Below are positions 26,607 to 40,102 of a DNA stretch of 64,000 nucleotides, in pieces (position 1 is the first letter of the stretch; each line of letters opens with the position of its first letter). The notes beneath the pieces are model-generated. The model did not search any database. It saw only the letters and a program-made list of their open reading frames with translations, and had not been told where the DNA came from. The position numbers were made by a program, and so were the translations under genes. This DNA comes from Antedon mediterranea (taxonomy: Eukaryota > Animalia > Echinodermata), in assembly GCF_964355755.1 (NCBI RefSeq), contig NC_092670.1, positions 50,001 through 114,000 on the forward strand. Direction: 5' to 3'.

Positions 26607-29600
26607 TATCACTGTGCTCAAGTATATGAAAATGACTATAGTTGAGAACAGTGTTAAACAGAATCGTGTACATTAATGTTATTTGTTGTATATTGTGCTC
26701 AAGTATACCAAAATGACTATAGTTGAGAACAGTGGTAAACGGGATCGTACATTAATGTTTTTTGTGGTATTGTTAAGTTTATCCTATTCTTTATCACTGT
26801 GCTCAAGTATACCAAAATGACTATATTTGAGAACAGTGGTAAACTGGATCGTACATTAATGTTATTTGTTGTATATTATTAAGTTTATCCTATTCTTTAT
26901 TACTGTGCTCAAGTATACCAAAATGACTACAGTTGAGAACAGTGTTAAACTGGATCGTACATTAATGTTTTTTGTTGTATATTGTTAAGTTTATCCTATT
27001 CTTTATAACTGTTCTCAAGTATACCAAAATGACTATAGTTGAGAACAGTGTTAAACTGGATCGTACATTAATGTTTTTTGTTGTATATTGTTAAGTTTAT
27101 CCTATTCTTTATCACTGTGTTCAAGTATACCAAATTGACTATAGTTGAGAACAGTGTTAAACTGGATCGTACATTAATGCTTTTTGTTGTATATTGTTAA
27201 GTTTATCCTATTCTTTATCACTGTGCTCAAGTATACCAAAATGACTATAGTTGAGAACAGTGTTAAACTGGATCGTACATTAATGCTATTTGTTGTATAT
27301 TGTTAAGTTTATCCTATTCTTTACAGTATCACTGTGCTCAAGTATACCAAAATGACTTATAGTTGAGAACAGTGGTAAACTGGATCGTACATTAATGTTA
27401 TAATATTTGTTGTATATTATTAAGTTTATCCTATTCTTTATCACTGTGCTCAATACCAAAATGACTATAGTTGAGAACAGTGTTAAACGGGATCGTACAT
27501 TAATGTTTTTTGTTGTATATTGTTAAGTTTATCCTATTCTTTATAACTGTTCTCAAGTATACCAAAATGACTATAGTTGAGAACAGTGTTAAACTGGATC
27601 GTACATTAATGTTATTTGTTGTATATTGTTAAGTTTATCCTATTCTTTATCACTGTGCTCAAGTATACCAAAATGACTATAGTCGAGAACAGTGTTAAAC
27701 TGGATCGTACATTAATGTTATTTGTTGTATATTATTAAGTTTATCCTATTCTTTATCACTGTGCTCCAGTATACCAAAATGACTATAGTCGAGAACAGTG
27801 TTAAACTGGATCGTACATTAATGTTTTTTGTTGTATATTGTTAAGTTTATCCTATTCTTTATAACGATTCTCAAGTATACCAAAATGACTATAGTTGAGA
27901 ACAGTGTTAAACTGGATCGTACATTAATGTTTTTTGTTGTATATTGTTAAGTTTATCCTATTCTTTATCACTGTGCTCAAGTATACCAAAATGACTATAG
28001 TTGAGAACAGTGTTAAACTGGATCGTACATTACTGTTTTTTGTTGTATATTGTTAAGTTTATCCTATTCTTTATCACTGTGCTCAAGTATACCAAAATGA
28101 CTATAGTTGAGAACAGTGCTAAACTGGATCGTACATTAATGCTATTTGTTGTATATTGTTAAGTTTATCCTATTCTTTATCACTGTGCTCAAGTATACCA
28201 AAATGACTATAGTTGAGAACAGTGTTAAACTGGATCGTACATTACTGTTTTTTGTTGTATATTGTTAAGTTTATCCTATTCTTTATCACTGTGCTCAAGT
28301 ATACCAAAATGACTATAGTCGAGAACAGTGTTAAACTGGATCGTACATTAATGTTATTTGTTGTATATTATTAAGTTTATCCTATTCTTTATCACTGTGC
28401 TCAAGTATACCAAAATGACTATAGTTGAGAACAGTGTTAAACGGGATCATACATTAATGTTCTTTGTTGTATATTATTAAGTTTATCCTATTCTTTATCA
28501 CTGTGCTCAAGTATACCAAAATGACTATAGTCGAGAACAGTGTTAAACTGGATCGTACATTAATGTTATTTGTTGTATATTATTAAGTTTGTCCTATTCT
28601 TTATCACTGTGCTCAAGTATACCAAAATGACTATAGTTGAGAACAGTGTTAAACGGGATCGTACATTAATACTATTTGTTTTATTGTTAAGTTTATCCTA
28701 TTCTTTATCACTGTGCTCAAGTATACCAAAATGACTATAGTCGAGAACAGTGTTAAACGGGATCGTACATTAATGTTATTTGTTGTATATTGTTAAGTTT
28801 ATCCTATTCTTTATCACTGTGCTCAAGTATACCAAAATGACTATAGTTGAGAACAGTGTTAAACGGGATCATACATTAATGTTATTTGTTGTATATTATT
28901 AAGTTTATCCTATTCTTTATCACTGTGCTCAAGTATACCAAAATGACTATAGTCGAGAACAGTGTTAAACGGGATCATACATTAATGTTATTTGTTGTAT
29001 ATTGTTAAGTTTATCATATTCTTTATCAATGTGCTCAAGTATACCAAAATGACTAAGTCAAGAACAGTGTTAAACGGGATCATACATTAATGTTATTTGT
29101 TGTATATTGTTTGTTAAGTTTATCCTATTCTTTATCACTGTGCTCAAGTATACCAAAATGACTATAGTTGAGAACAGTGTTAAACGGGATCGTACATTAA
29201 TGCTATTTGTTGTATATTGTTAAGTTTATCCTATTCTTTATCACTGTGCTCAAGTATACCAAAATGACTATAGTTGAGAACAGTGTTAAACGGGATCATA
29301 CATTAATGTTATTTGTTGTATATTATTAAGTTTATCCTATTCTTGATCACTGTGCTCAAGTATACCAAAATGACTATAGTCGAGAACAGTGTTAAACGGG
29401 ATCATACATTAATGTTATTTGTTGTATATTGTTAAGTTTATCCTATTCTTTATCACTGTGCTCAAGTACACCAAAATGGCTATAGTTGAGAACAGTGTTA
29501 AACGGGATCGTACATTAATGTTATTTGTTGTATATTGTTAAGTTTATCCTATTCTTTATCAATGTGCTCAAGTATACCAAAATGACTATAGTTGAGAACA

Positions 29601-29640
29601 GTGTTAAACTACATCGTACATTAATGTTATTTGTTGTATA
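26607..29640 (-). repeat. 106-bp tandem array, right arm, inverted relative to 19360-23270 (~28 copies)
   Basis: Unit is the reverse complement of the left-arm unit (TATCACTGTGCTCAAGTATACCAAAATGACTATAGTTGAGAACAGTG...). Confidence 0.97.
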
Positions 29641-30122
29641 GGCCTATTGTTAAGTGTATTCTTTATTCTTATTAATTGTACTAAATTATTAAAAGAAACA
29701 GTAGTAAGCATAACATTTCCCCACTCCTACATTAGCATGGTAAGACATTGTAATGGTCGCAGGTGGCTCAACTTTATTACTGCAATGGGATGGACATGGT
29801 CCTTACCATCCAATAGGATTCCAGTAAATTTCCTTTACTACCAATCATAATTCAGTAATTAAATGACTCCTTAAGTTAACAAGGAAATCAGCCTATTTCA
29901 TTATACCGGTAGGCTTCGTAGTACAGGCGCACTGCGGTAATAGTTGAGAATTCTCAACTAGCCAATTTGGTATATTTTATATACCTGCATCCGGGGACTT
30001 CACATCGCCGGCCATTTTCTTTCCTAGGTAGTACCAAAGCAATCTTTGGTAGTACGTAGGTAGCTGCTGTTGTTCTCCTCTCTCACCACCGCACCGGCAA
30101 ATTTGTTTCTTTTCGAAACAAG

Positions 30123-33100
30123 ATGATGTTGTCACGGTCCTGTTTAGTGTATAGGCCTAGGCCTATATCAAGAAACATACCGGTAAATTCTAGGTAGCCT
30201 CCTAGCCAGGCTAATAGGCCTATCTCCTAGCTAGCCTAGGCCTAGGCCTATACTAAATAGCCTTAGTTAGAGGGTAGGCCTAGCGGATGCTAGTCAAGTC
30301 GCCCCATCGCAAAGTCGCCCCATACAAAGTCGCCCCTTACACAGTCGCCCCATCGCAAAGTCGCCCCAAAACAAAGTCGCCCCGACACAGTCGCCCCATC
30401 GCAAAGTCGCCCCATCGCAAAGTCGCCCCATCGCAAAGTCGCCCCATCACAAAGTCGCCCAAAACGTTAAAAAATAGTTTACAAGTGCGTAAAATGTCGC
30501 AATGATACACAAAATAACACGGAACGTGTAGGCATAAAAGGGGAAGCCCCGCCATGTAGTCTCAGGTCACACGATCGGCACGCACCCCCATCATCAGAGT
30601 GGAAACCCCGACTAATCACTCAGCGGTCGCACTAACGTGCTATAGCTTACCAGCAGAGGGAAACCCCGTAATTACTCCGCCGTTGTCGCACTACAACGCA
30701 CCATTCTGAAGATGGGGAAACCCCGCCGGAGTTTTACAATGATATCAGTCGCGTTCGAAATCGGTCGCGTTTAATTTTGGTCGCGATAAAATGATGTTAT
30801 ACGATCTAGATTATTTTTACTTTGGTCGATGAATATTTATTGTTATTATTAGGCCTATATTAATAATTGATTTTTGTTTTTATTTTACAGGTCAGTATGA
30901 TGGGAAAGATGTGTGCCTTAAAAAAATGACAATTTGTAAACATAGTTTAAGATTATAGTATTATCCAGCATAATGTCATTTGACAGTACATAATTATTTA
31001 AATGTGAAATATTTTATAGGAAACGTAGACTGCGTCTGTGTCTTTTATTTTATATGCAACAAATTACGTAAAACAATTTATTTATAAACATTCAGTTTAC
31101 TATTATTATACATAGTATTACATACAATGGACATTGATTGTAAGCCTGGAAAGGCAATCCCATCATTATATCAATTATAAAATTGCATCATATCACCACT
31201 ATATGTCGTAAATGACGTGCGTGTGTGTATTCGTCGTACGTATTATTCCGTGCCTCTTCACTGTCTTGTTTAATTTAAAATTAAATATACACCCGATATG
31301 AGGATATTTATTAGGCATGTTAATTAGAATGTTCTAAAACCAAAAGGGTTGAAAAGAATTTCTTCAGTAAAATGATCATTGTGCTGTTAATAAAAGGCGA
31401 CTCGCTATCTGAAACATTCTCTGAAACCAATCGGAGCTGCGCCTTCTGGTATCTGTTTCCTCACAGCTGCTACGTCTTTCTGCTGACCGTCGGGGATTCC
31501 CCTTTTTAAAAAACACGCACACGATACTGTACGATGGTTTTTCCATGGTCAAAATGTAGCGTTTTAAATTTTACTAAAATACCTGCATGTAAAACAATCA
31601 TATCGGCGATGAAATCCTTTTTTTCCCCTTCATTTTGAAAAGTCATTATAAAAGTAAGACACATAACTTGTCAATAAATGCAAAATGATCAATAAGTAGC
31701 CTATAACACTCATTGTCTTACAACACTGTTTTACAACTCATTGTCTTACAAATCTATACGAAGGCCTACACGTTTATACATTTATTATATTATCCTAAAA
31801 AATGAGCTGGTATCCAGGCGTAGGTTGAAGAAAGATTCGTAATTGTGGCTCTGGTAACTAATTTAACATTTTCGAAACTATAAATCAGGGATAATCTTTT
31901 TAGAACTTTCAAACAAGGGACTATTTTTTTAATGATTTTTAAAAAGCACATCACTCCATTAAAACCTGTAAAATAAAAATTTTATGTATATAATAGGATA
32001 AACATTGTAATGTAGGCCTATACGACATTTAGCGCGACCAAAGTAACAAACGCAATCGATATCAAACGCAACCGATATGAAACAGCGTACTACTACGGCG
32101 GCGCTTCATTATCATACCGAAATAAAACCGTGGTCGACTTTGCGATTGGGCGACTTTGCGATGGGGCGACTTTGTAATTGGGCGACTTTGCGATGGGGCG
32201 ACTGTGCCTGGGCGACTTTGTTTTGGGGCGACTTTGCGATGGGGCGACTTTGTATTGGGCGACTTTGTATGGGGCGACTTTGCGATGGGGCGACTTGACT
32301 GGATCCCGGCCTAGCTAGTACTAGCCTAGGCCTAGTACTAGGCTAGTAGTAGGCCCCACTTGGCCCAAGAAGGGCCTACTACTAGGGCCTAGCCTAGGCT
32401 ATATTTGAATTAATTAACTAGCCTATGCCCCTAGCCTAATTAGTTACTCTAGTAGGCTAGCCCTGTCCTGAGGCCAGCCTCCCGCCTCTACCAGGCCCGG
32501 GCTAAGAGGGCCTAGGCCTACTCCTAGCCTAGCTAGGCCTAGGCCTATTCTATACGAAGTGGTTAGGATTCCGGCAGAATGAACGCAATTTATTGTTCAA
32601 TTGAAAATCGATCATTCATGCACATTTTTATAACATCATGTACACAGTTCAACACCAATTTTTCCGACTGGTTGGATGGCTTTAGTGGTGTGGTACTGCG
32701 GCTAGAGGTTTTGCTGGTCATTGTAGGCCTAGGTTCAATTCTCGATCAATTTTTTAATTTTTTTTTTTAATTCAAAAAATTGTATTTTATTGACCATCGT
32801 CTTTATTCATCATCATCTTTACCCACCATTGCCTAGAGGGATGTTTTTTTTTAGTTTTAGGTTTTAGTTCTCAGTGGAAAGTTTCTGTCGGAATCTGTTA
32901 CAACAATGGGCAGTTGAGTTCCGGTGCCGGAATCCTAACCACGGCGTATTCTATATCATATATCATGCATACTAGGCCCTAGCCTACAGTATATACTTAT
33001 CTAGGCTAGGGCCTAGACTACTACTAGGCCTATCCTAGAGTAGTAGTATGCCTAGCTAGGCTAAGGCTACTATTACTACAAAATACAGCTAGCTAGACCT

Positions 33101-36100
33101 AGACTAGGGCTAGATATAATTAATAGCTGGCCTAGGGCTAGGCTAGGCTAACTCTTTTTTTTTACACAACACTGGCTGCATGATGCAGTCGATTATGCTG
33201 CAAAACAAGGTATCAACAATGCACTGTCCAAAAAGTCGGCCTAGGCTAGTATCCTAGGCCTAGCGTAGAGGGCCTAATAATAGGCTACGGTACCATACCA
33301 AGCACATGCACTGACCATATCGATGATCGTGATACGATAGCTTTATTCTTTTTTTTGTATAACAGAAACGTTTTCAATCGGCTCAAGCTGCAACAGCTCA
33401 AACAGACCGGATCCCTCTACCAGCCCAAGATGCCCAAGTATCAAAACTAACCAGTGGACTTACCATTGCCTCACTTGAAAACTATTCACCAATTAGCAGA
33501 GTTGCAGTCATAGTCAATGCTGGCTCCAGATATGAAAGCACTAAAAATCTAGGTTCTTCTCACTGTTTAAGAGCATTTGCTAATCTGGTAGGTATACCAT
33601 AAAAAAAGCTAGGTATACATTACAAATTCATTCTGCTTATTCTGCAATTTCTTTTTACGTATAATTTGCTTAGTTTTATTTTATTTAGTGTTTCTTCTTC
33701 TCTCAGACATGTACAGGTGCAAGTACATTCAGTATCACAAGAGGCCTCGAGGCTATTGGAGCAACGCTTGAAGCAACAACAACTCGTGATCATCTACTAT
33801 ACTCTATCAAATGCTTACGTGACAATGTGTACGTTGGTTTTTCTCATTTCTAGTATTGTATGTCCGTAACTAATGCTTGTTCTAAGTTGAGCCAGACAAA
33901 AAGTTTTCTATGAAATTTGTGACTTTTCTTTGCATTAATTTAAGGACATTAATACTAATAGAGTAGGAGCTCCCTAAATTCTATTCAGAAACATACTAAA
34001 ATTGATATTTTCCTTCCTGCTGTTTTTTATTAATGATGTTATTGATATGTATAGAGATGTAGCTGTAAACTATTTAACAAGCATTGCTGGAGGTCAAGAG
34101 TTCAGAAGGTGGGAGGTCAACGACAGTAAATACAGAGTAGACCTTGATTTGGCCCTAGCTGAAGTAAACCCTCAAATTGGTATGAAAGAATGTATTTATT
34201 ATATTGTTATGCAGCTCAATTGACAAAACTAGCCCTTATATAGAATGTGGTTCATTATTCATATTGTTCTTTGAGCCGTTACTATTTCATTGTTGTTTAC
34301 AAATGACAATGAACTTAATCTTAATTATTTGTAGAAGAATGAAAGTCAAATTGTCAAATTAGGTATTGATTGTTATGTGTTAAAAGAACTTATTCCTTCT
34401 TCTAGTTTTGATGTATAATGTGTTATAGTAAATTTCACAAATTATTACTTTTGCTAATTATTTGATCATAAAAGCAGAATATATACTGGATTACAAATTT
34501 ACATTGGCATAGTTGACAGCACTAAAGCAGACCTTTGTGAAAGAACTCTGCCTGCCCTAGCCAGAAACTTAATATTTATTTTTTAACTTTTTCTTAGATG
34601 TGATGGAGAAACTTCATGGCACAGCTTTTAGAGGCAATCTTGGAAATTCTTTGTTCTGCCCAAAATACATGCTAAATGAATTCACACCAGATCTACTCAA
34701 AGAATTTGTGGACACTCAATTTACTGCTGAGAATATGGCTCTTGTAGGACTTGGTAAAGTTACTCCTTTCATCTTATTTATTTATTTCAAATCAGACCAA
34801 CAACAAGTCATTACCACTAACAGGCTTGGCTGGTAAGAACCACAAAGATAAATATAATTGTTCCTACAATACAAGTAAATGTAAAGAATGGAAGTAAGTA
34901 ACCAATATCAACATTGAGAATTGTAAGAAAAAGTGAACAACAAAAGAAAATGCAACATAAAATGTTGGACATACATATTAATTGAATTAATACATTTTAC
35001 ATACAACATTATGTTAATGTGTAAGAACATCTTTGGCATGGAGAATTGATTGACATGGACAATTCAAAAAATTGTAATGCTATACTCCTATAATTGTCAA
35101 GACATTCATCTTAACATTTGATAATGCTTACATTATATGTACATTGATAAGTAATTGATTTATTTTTTAGGGGTTGATCATGATACACTTAAGGCTATGG
35201 GTGAAAAGTTGTCTGTCAACCAAGGATGTAAAGTTAATACTGTATCAAAATACTATGGTGGTGAGTTGATTTCATTATTTTTATTATTATAACTTTTTAC
35301 AAATGTTTCAAGGGGAAACAACATAGACAAATATAAGTGACATAAACAATTTTGTTGACAGGTACTGAGAGCAGAGTACAGAATAACAACAGCTTAGTGC
35401 ATGCTGCTTTGGCTGTACAAGGAGCTGGAATCCACAGTGAGGATGTACTTACACTCTCAGTCATGCAGTATTTATTAGGACCTCAACCTTCTATTAAATG
35501 GGGATCACACATGGCCACATCCAAGCTAAATCAAGCTGCGGCTAAAGTTACACAATCTCCATTTCATGTAAGTGTAAGGTGACATTCTAAATGTTTTCAA
35601 AGGTGGTAGTAATGACATTTCCAAGCACAAGTGTTTTCAAAGGTAATAGCAAAGAGACGTTTAATATGAATATTTAGTAACAATTTTGATGATGGTTACT
35701 CAATGGTAGATATTTAGTGTGTGGATTACCATACAATTCATGCTGTATAGTATTATACATTAAAATGTGTATTTGTTTTTTCAGGCCAGCTGTGTGAACA
35801 TGAGCTATGCTGACACTGGTTTATTTGGATTCTATGTACTTGGGCATGCCAGTGAAATGGAATCTGTAAGCATGTTTCATTTCAATTGTTATTGTATATT
35901 ATACAAATGACTAATGTTTTATATGTTGATTGAATTAGGAGAATATCTTGAAAGATTTTGACAAGGTAGAGGACAAACTTTTGATGAATGAATGGTTAGT
36001 CAAAACATTCATTACAACACACCTACAGATTCAAAAATAAACTTTTATTAATCAGCTCCCATCGATGTCAAGACTAGACTAACGCCCGTATTCTTAAACC

Positions 36101-39100
36101 GGACTTTAGTCGTAGTTCGAAGTTCGACTTGAAAAAGTCGTAGTTCGAGCTATTCAAATTCGATTCAAAATCGAAGTAGTCGAAGTTTGCAGTTCGACTT
36201 AATGAAGTCGAGCTTTTAGTCGAGTTGCACACGTCTGGGTGACAAAGGCTATACATTGGCCAATGACAAGAGAGTATTTGAGAAGCAGACCAAATTTTGT
36301 GCATTGATATCACTTTCCATTTTCTTACAACACTTTTTACGCATCAGGACTATATACATGAAAAATAATTTTAATCGTTAATTATTAGAACAAGATCAGT
36401 ATCAATTTAACAGTGAAGTACTTTTGATTAACAACAAACAAAATATTCAAAATATATTCAGGAACCATGGCGGTACGGTAACTTTTATATTTTCTAGGCC
36501 CCCAACAAAGTATGATCGCGACGAACCACGCACTTCATAGCGTGACAAGAAAGCGCTAGGCCCCCTAAACATTTCATCGCGTGGTGAATTTCCGCATCTG
36601 CCATTGTCACTATGGCGTCATGTAGTTCAAGTCGGACTTGCGCGAAGAAAATAATGTAATTTGTATACGGTTGTCAAATAAAGATGATTTTCATTATTAT
36701 AACTTATACCAATGTATATTTAATTAAGCTAGTATAAAAATAGATATTTCATTCTTCAATATCTGGCCAATATAACAACTCAATGACTGTTACGTTTTTC
36801 ATAAACATGGTTTAAAAACCATTTAGTCGACCATTTAGCCTGCCCCCTCCAGGACTAAAAAAATCGATCAAAATTCGTCTCGATTTAGTCGAGGTTGGCC
36901 TGAATTAGTCGGCGATTTAGTTGAAGTTCGGTTTATGAATTAAAATGACGTCATTTTTAAAGTTTTAGCTCGAACTACGACTAAAGTCCGGTTTAAGAAT
37001 ACGGGCGTAAAAGAAAGACAGTGCTCATATTTCTGCTATAGACATTCATGTTGGTTTAGCAGCCTCAAGTTAAACAAAAATCTAAAAATGCTAAAGTGCA
37101 ATAGAACAATTACAGTATATCCTCAGGTATAATCCCACCCTCTACTGTATGTCTGATTTAATATTCCAAAGTAGTCCCAGTATTGACTTTTGGTTTGGCT
37201 GTATAGGTATAGGTCTCTGTGAGTATAGTCCAACACCACAAGGCTATTTGTGTTCTAGGGGACCAAAGGAAATACGGTAATTAGAACTTTACCCTACATA
37301 AGATACAAAATGAACTAATCAGATAGTAAGAATACACTTCATAATTCTTGACAGGTGTTGAAAGCAACAATGGGACAGTTTGGTGGGTTAACAAAAGGCA
37401 ATATTGATGAGAACGACTTCAAGAGAGCAAAGTAAGTTGAAAACAGTTACAAAATGGTTCTATCAATCAATCAATCAATCAATCAATTGACTTATAAACA
37501 GTTATGATGAGGAAACCCATTTGAAGGAGAATGTGGTACATTAAAGATTTTTGATTGTTGTATTATGTTATGTTTTATTTATTTATACTACGTGTATGTT
37601 ATATTAATTTGTTATGGTAGTATGTGTATGTTATATTAATTTGTTATGGTAGTATGTGTATGTTATATTAATTTGTTATGGTAGTATGTGTATGTTATAT
37701 TAATTTGTTATGGTAGTATGTGTATGTTATATTAATTTGTTATGGTAGTATGTGTATGTTATATTAATTTGTTATGGTAGTATGTGTATGTTATATTAAT
37801 TTGTTATGGTAGTATGTGTATGTTATATTAATTTGTTATGGTAGTATGTGTATGTTATATTAATTTGTTATGGTAGTATGTGTATGTTATATTAATTTGT
37901 TATGGTAGTATGTGTATGTTATATTAATTTGTTATGGTAGTATGTATATGTTATATTAATTTGTTATGGTAGTATGTGTATGTTATATTAATTTGTTATG
38001 GTAGTATGTGTATGTTTTCCTCCTGGAGTAATATTTGTTAAAAACTGCTGTCACTACTTTATCATGACAATACCAGTTATGTATTCTGCTTATTTTATTC
38101 TACTTAATGTTTTCCTTAAATTTCTTTAGAAATCAGTTAAAATCTTCTTTGTTAATGAAGTGTGAGGATCAGGAGAGTTTATTGGAGTCTGTAGCAGTAC
38201 AAAGCTTAAGTACTGGAGCATACCAACCAATTGAAAGTGTACTTGCTAAGATAGATAACTTAAAACCACAGGATGCAGTTAATGTAAGTTGTATTCACGT
38301 TTTGTGAGATCTACATGTTTGAAGCTATTAGACTCTCATCTATATTACATGGTATAGGATTTATTATAAAACTGGGTTAAGGAGGGCAACATAATTGGTA
38401 TGTGTATGAAACAAGTAATATGCTAGTGATAGCAACAGCAGTGGCTATTAGACACACTCATCTATATTACATGGTATAGGATTTATTATTAAACTGGGTT
38501 AGGGAGGGCAACATAATTGGTATGTGTATTAAACAAGTAATATGCTAGTGATAGCAACAGCAGTGGCTATTAGACTCTCATCTATATTACATGGTATAGG
38601 ATTTATTATAAAACTGGGGTTAAGGAGGGCAGCATAATTGGTATGTGTATTAAACAATTAATATGCTAGTGATAGCAACAGCAGTGGCTATTAGACTCTC
38701 ATCTATATTACATGGTATAGGATTTATTATTAAACTGGTTTAAGGAGGGCAACATAATTGGTATGTGTATGAAACAAGTAATATGCTAGTGATAGCAACA
38801 GCAGTGGCTATTAGACACACTCATCTATATTACATGGTATAGGATTTATTATTAAACTGGGGTTAAGGAGGGCAACATAATTGGTATGTGTATTAAACAA
38901 GTAATATGCTAGTGATAGCAACAGCAGTGGCTATTAGACACTCATCTATATTACATGGTATAGGATTTATTATTAAACTGGTTTAAGGAGGGCAGCATAA
39001 TTGGTATGTGTATTAAACAATTAATATGCTAGTGATAGCAACAGCAGTGGCTATTAGACTCTCATCTATATTACATGGTATAGGATTTATTATTAAACTG

Positions 39101-39306
39101 GGTTAAGGAGGGCAACATAATTGGTATGTGTATGAAACAAGTAATGTGCTAGTGATAGCAACAGCAGTGGCTTTATTTTTTTAATAGTAATTATTAAAAA
39201 CTATGTTTTTTTTTAACAGGTAGCAAAGAAAGTTTTCAACAGTAAACCTGTGATGGCTGTTAATGGTGATTTAGGAAATACACCATATTTGGATGAACTA
39301 TTATAG
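30123..39306 (+). CDS. UQCRC2: Cytochrome b-c1 complex core protein 2, mitochondrial (spliced, 11 coding exons)
   Basis: Exons: 30123-30182, 33366-33587, 33707-33828, 34055-34179, 34598-34753, 35171-35260, 35362-35567, 35785-35865, 37355-37431, 38130-38283, 39220-39306. Arg/Ser-rich presequence, GLTIASLENYSPISR..AGSRYE, QEFRRWEV, SYADTGLFG, C-terminal GDLGNTPYLDELL*. Confidence 0.94.
30285..32306. mobile_element. Non-autonomous TIR element (Mutator-like) in UQCRC2 intron 1
   Basis: Ends GGATGCTAGTCAAGTCGCCCC / GGGGCGACTTGACTGGATCC. Subterminal AAAGTCGCCCCATCGC repeats are inverted at the two ends. GGCCTAGC is duplicated on both flanks. Confidence 0.85.
32555..32946. mobile_element. Short Mutator-like MITE, same TIR family as 11510-12972
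   Basis: CGAAGTGGTTAGGATTCCGGCA ... TGCCGGAATCCTAACCACGGCG. 9-bp TSD TATTCTATA. Confidence 0.88.
36083..37007. mobile_element. PIF/Harbinger-like non-autonomous element in UQCRC2 intron 8
   Basis: ~38-bp perfect TIR CGCCCGTATTCTTAAACCGGACTTTAGTCGTAGTTCGA. TAA on both flanks. Confidence 0.88.
37590..38016. repeat. 32-bp minisatellite (~13 copies) in UQCRC2 intron 9
   Basis: Unit ATGTGTATGTTATATTAATTTGTTATGGTAGT. Confidence 0.95.
38323..39172. repeat. ~120-bp tandem array (~7 copies) filling UQCRC2 intron 10
   Basis: Unit GCTATTAGACTCTCATCTATATTACATGGTATAGG...GATAGCAACAGCAGTG. Confidence 0.95.
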
Positions 39307-39466
39307 ACCACAATAACACACCATATTTGGATGAACTATTATAGACCACAATAACACACCATATTTGGATGAACTATTATAGACCACAATAACACACCAT
39401 ATTTGGATGAACTATTATAGACCGCAATAACACACCATATTTGGATGAACTATTATAGACCACAAT
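39280..39466 (+). repeat. 38-bp tandem (~5 copies) of the UQCRC2 last codons, stop and start of 3' UTR
   Basis: ACACCATATTTGGATGAACTATTATAGACCACAATAAC repeated. The first copy encodes TPYLDELL*. Confidence 0.93.
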
Positions 39467-40102
39467 CACTATACAATTTATAACAACACAGATCATATAT
39501 ATATTTACCCCTGTTATTGCTTGTAACTCAGGATTGTGTTGAAACTACTATTTTGACCCCTACAGCTTACCATAGTGTGATGTCTTTTTTGTGTTCCTTT
39601 AAACATCGTACATATTAATTCAGAAATAACATGTGAGATTTTATCTAACAAGTTTCTTTTGTTCTTGTTGGTAACAATCATAAAAGTATATAATGCAGTC
39701 ATTTAATTAGTAGAGTTGCTGTTTGGTTCTTGTTGGTAATAAAAGAATAAAAGGATAAAATTTATGAATAGAATTTGTTATTTTTACATTTAGTTTTCTA
39801 TCTTACAATAAATGCATGTAAATGTCAGCTGATTTGTGCCATATGCTGTATTTTTAATGTTATGCTTTGAGCAACAGTCTATAAAAATGTAACACAGCCA
39901 GTCATTTCCTATGTTGATTTTATTATTCATTGGTTATTTATCAAGTGTGTGTATGTCACAAAGAAAAACGCAATGTTATTTGGCCCTCATTGAAGAATAG
40001 GAAACAATTTAAAGAAATCATTTAATAATACCAAATTATGTGGGTACATTTGCATGGCGTTTCACTTAATATTCACTATTAATATAATGAGAATGTCTGT
40101 TG

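Larger units (their letters stand above)
19014..29987. mobile_element. ~11-kb foldback-type non-autonomous TIR element
   Basis: Imperfect ~50-bp TIRs share TATACCA...TGGCTAGTTGAGAATTCTCAACTATT. Direct repeat CATCCGG at 19007-19013 and 29988-29994. Inverted 106-bp satellite arms. No transposase ORF in the track. Confidence 0.82.

Noticed and set aside
30287-32298. KSP/GRLC repeat ORFs
   Set aside because: Translations of AAAGTCGCCCC subterminal repeats of a TIR element.
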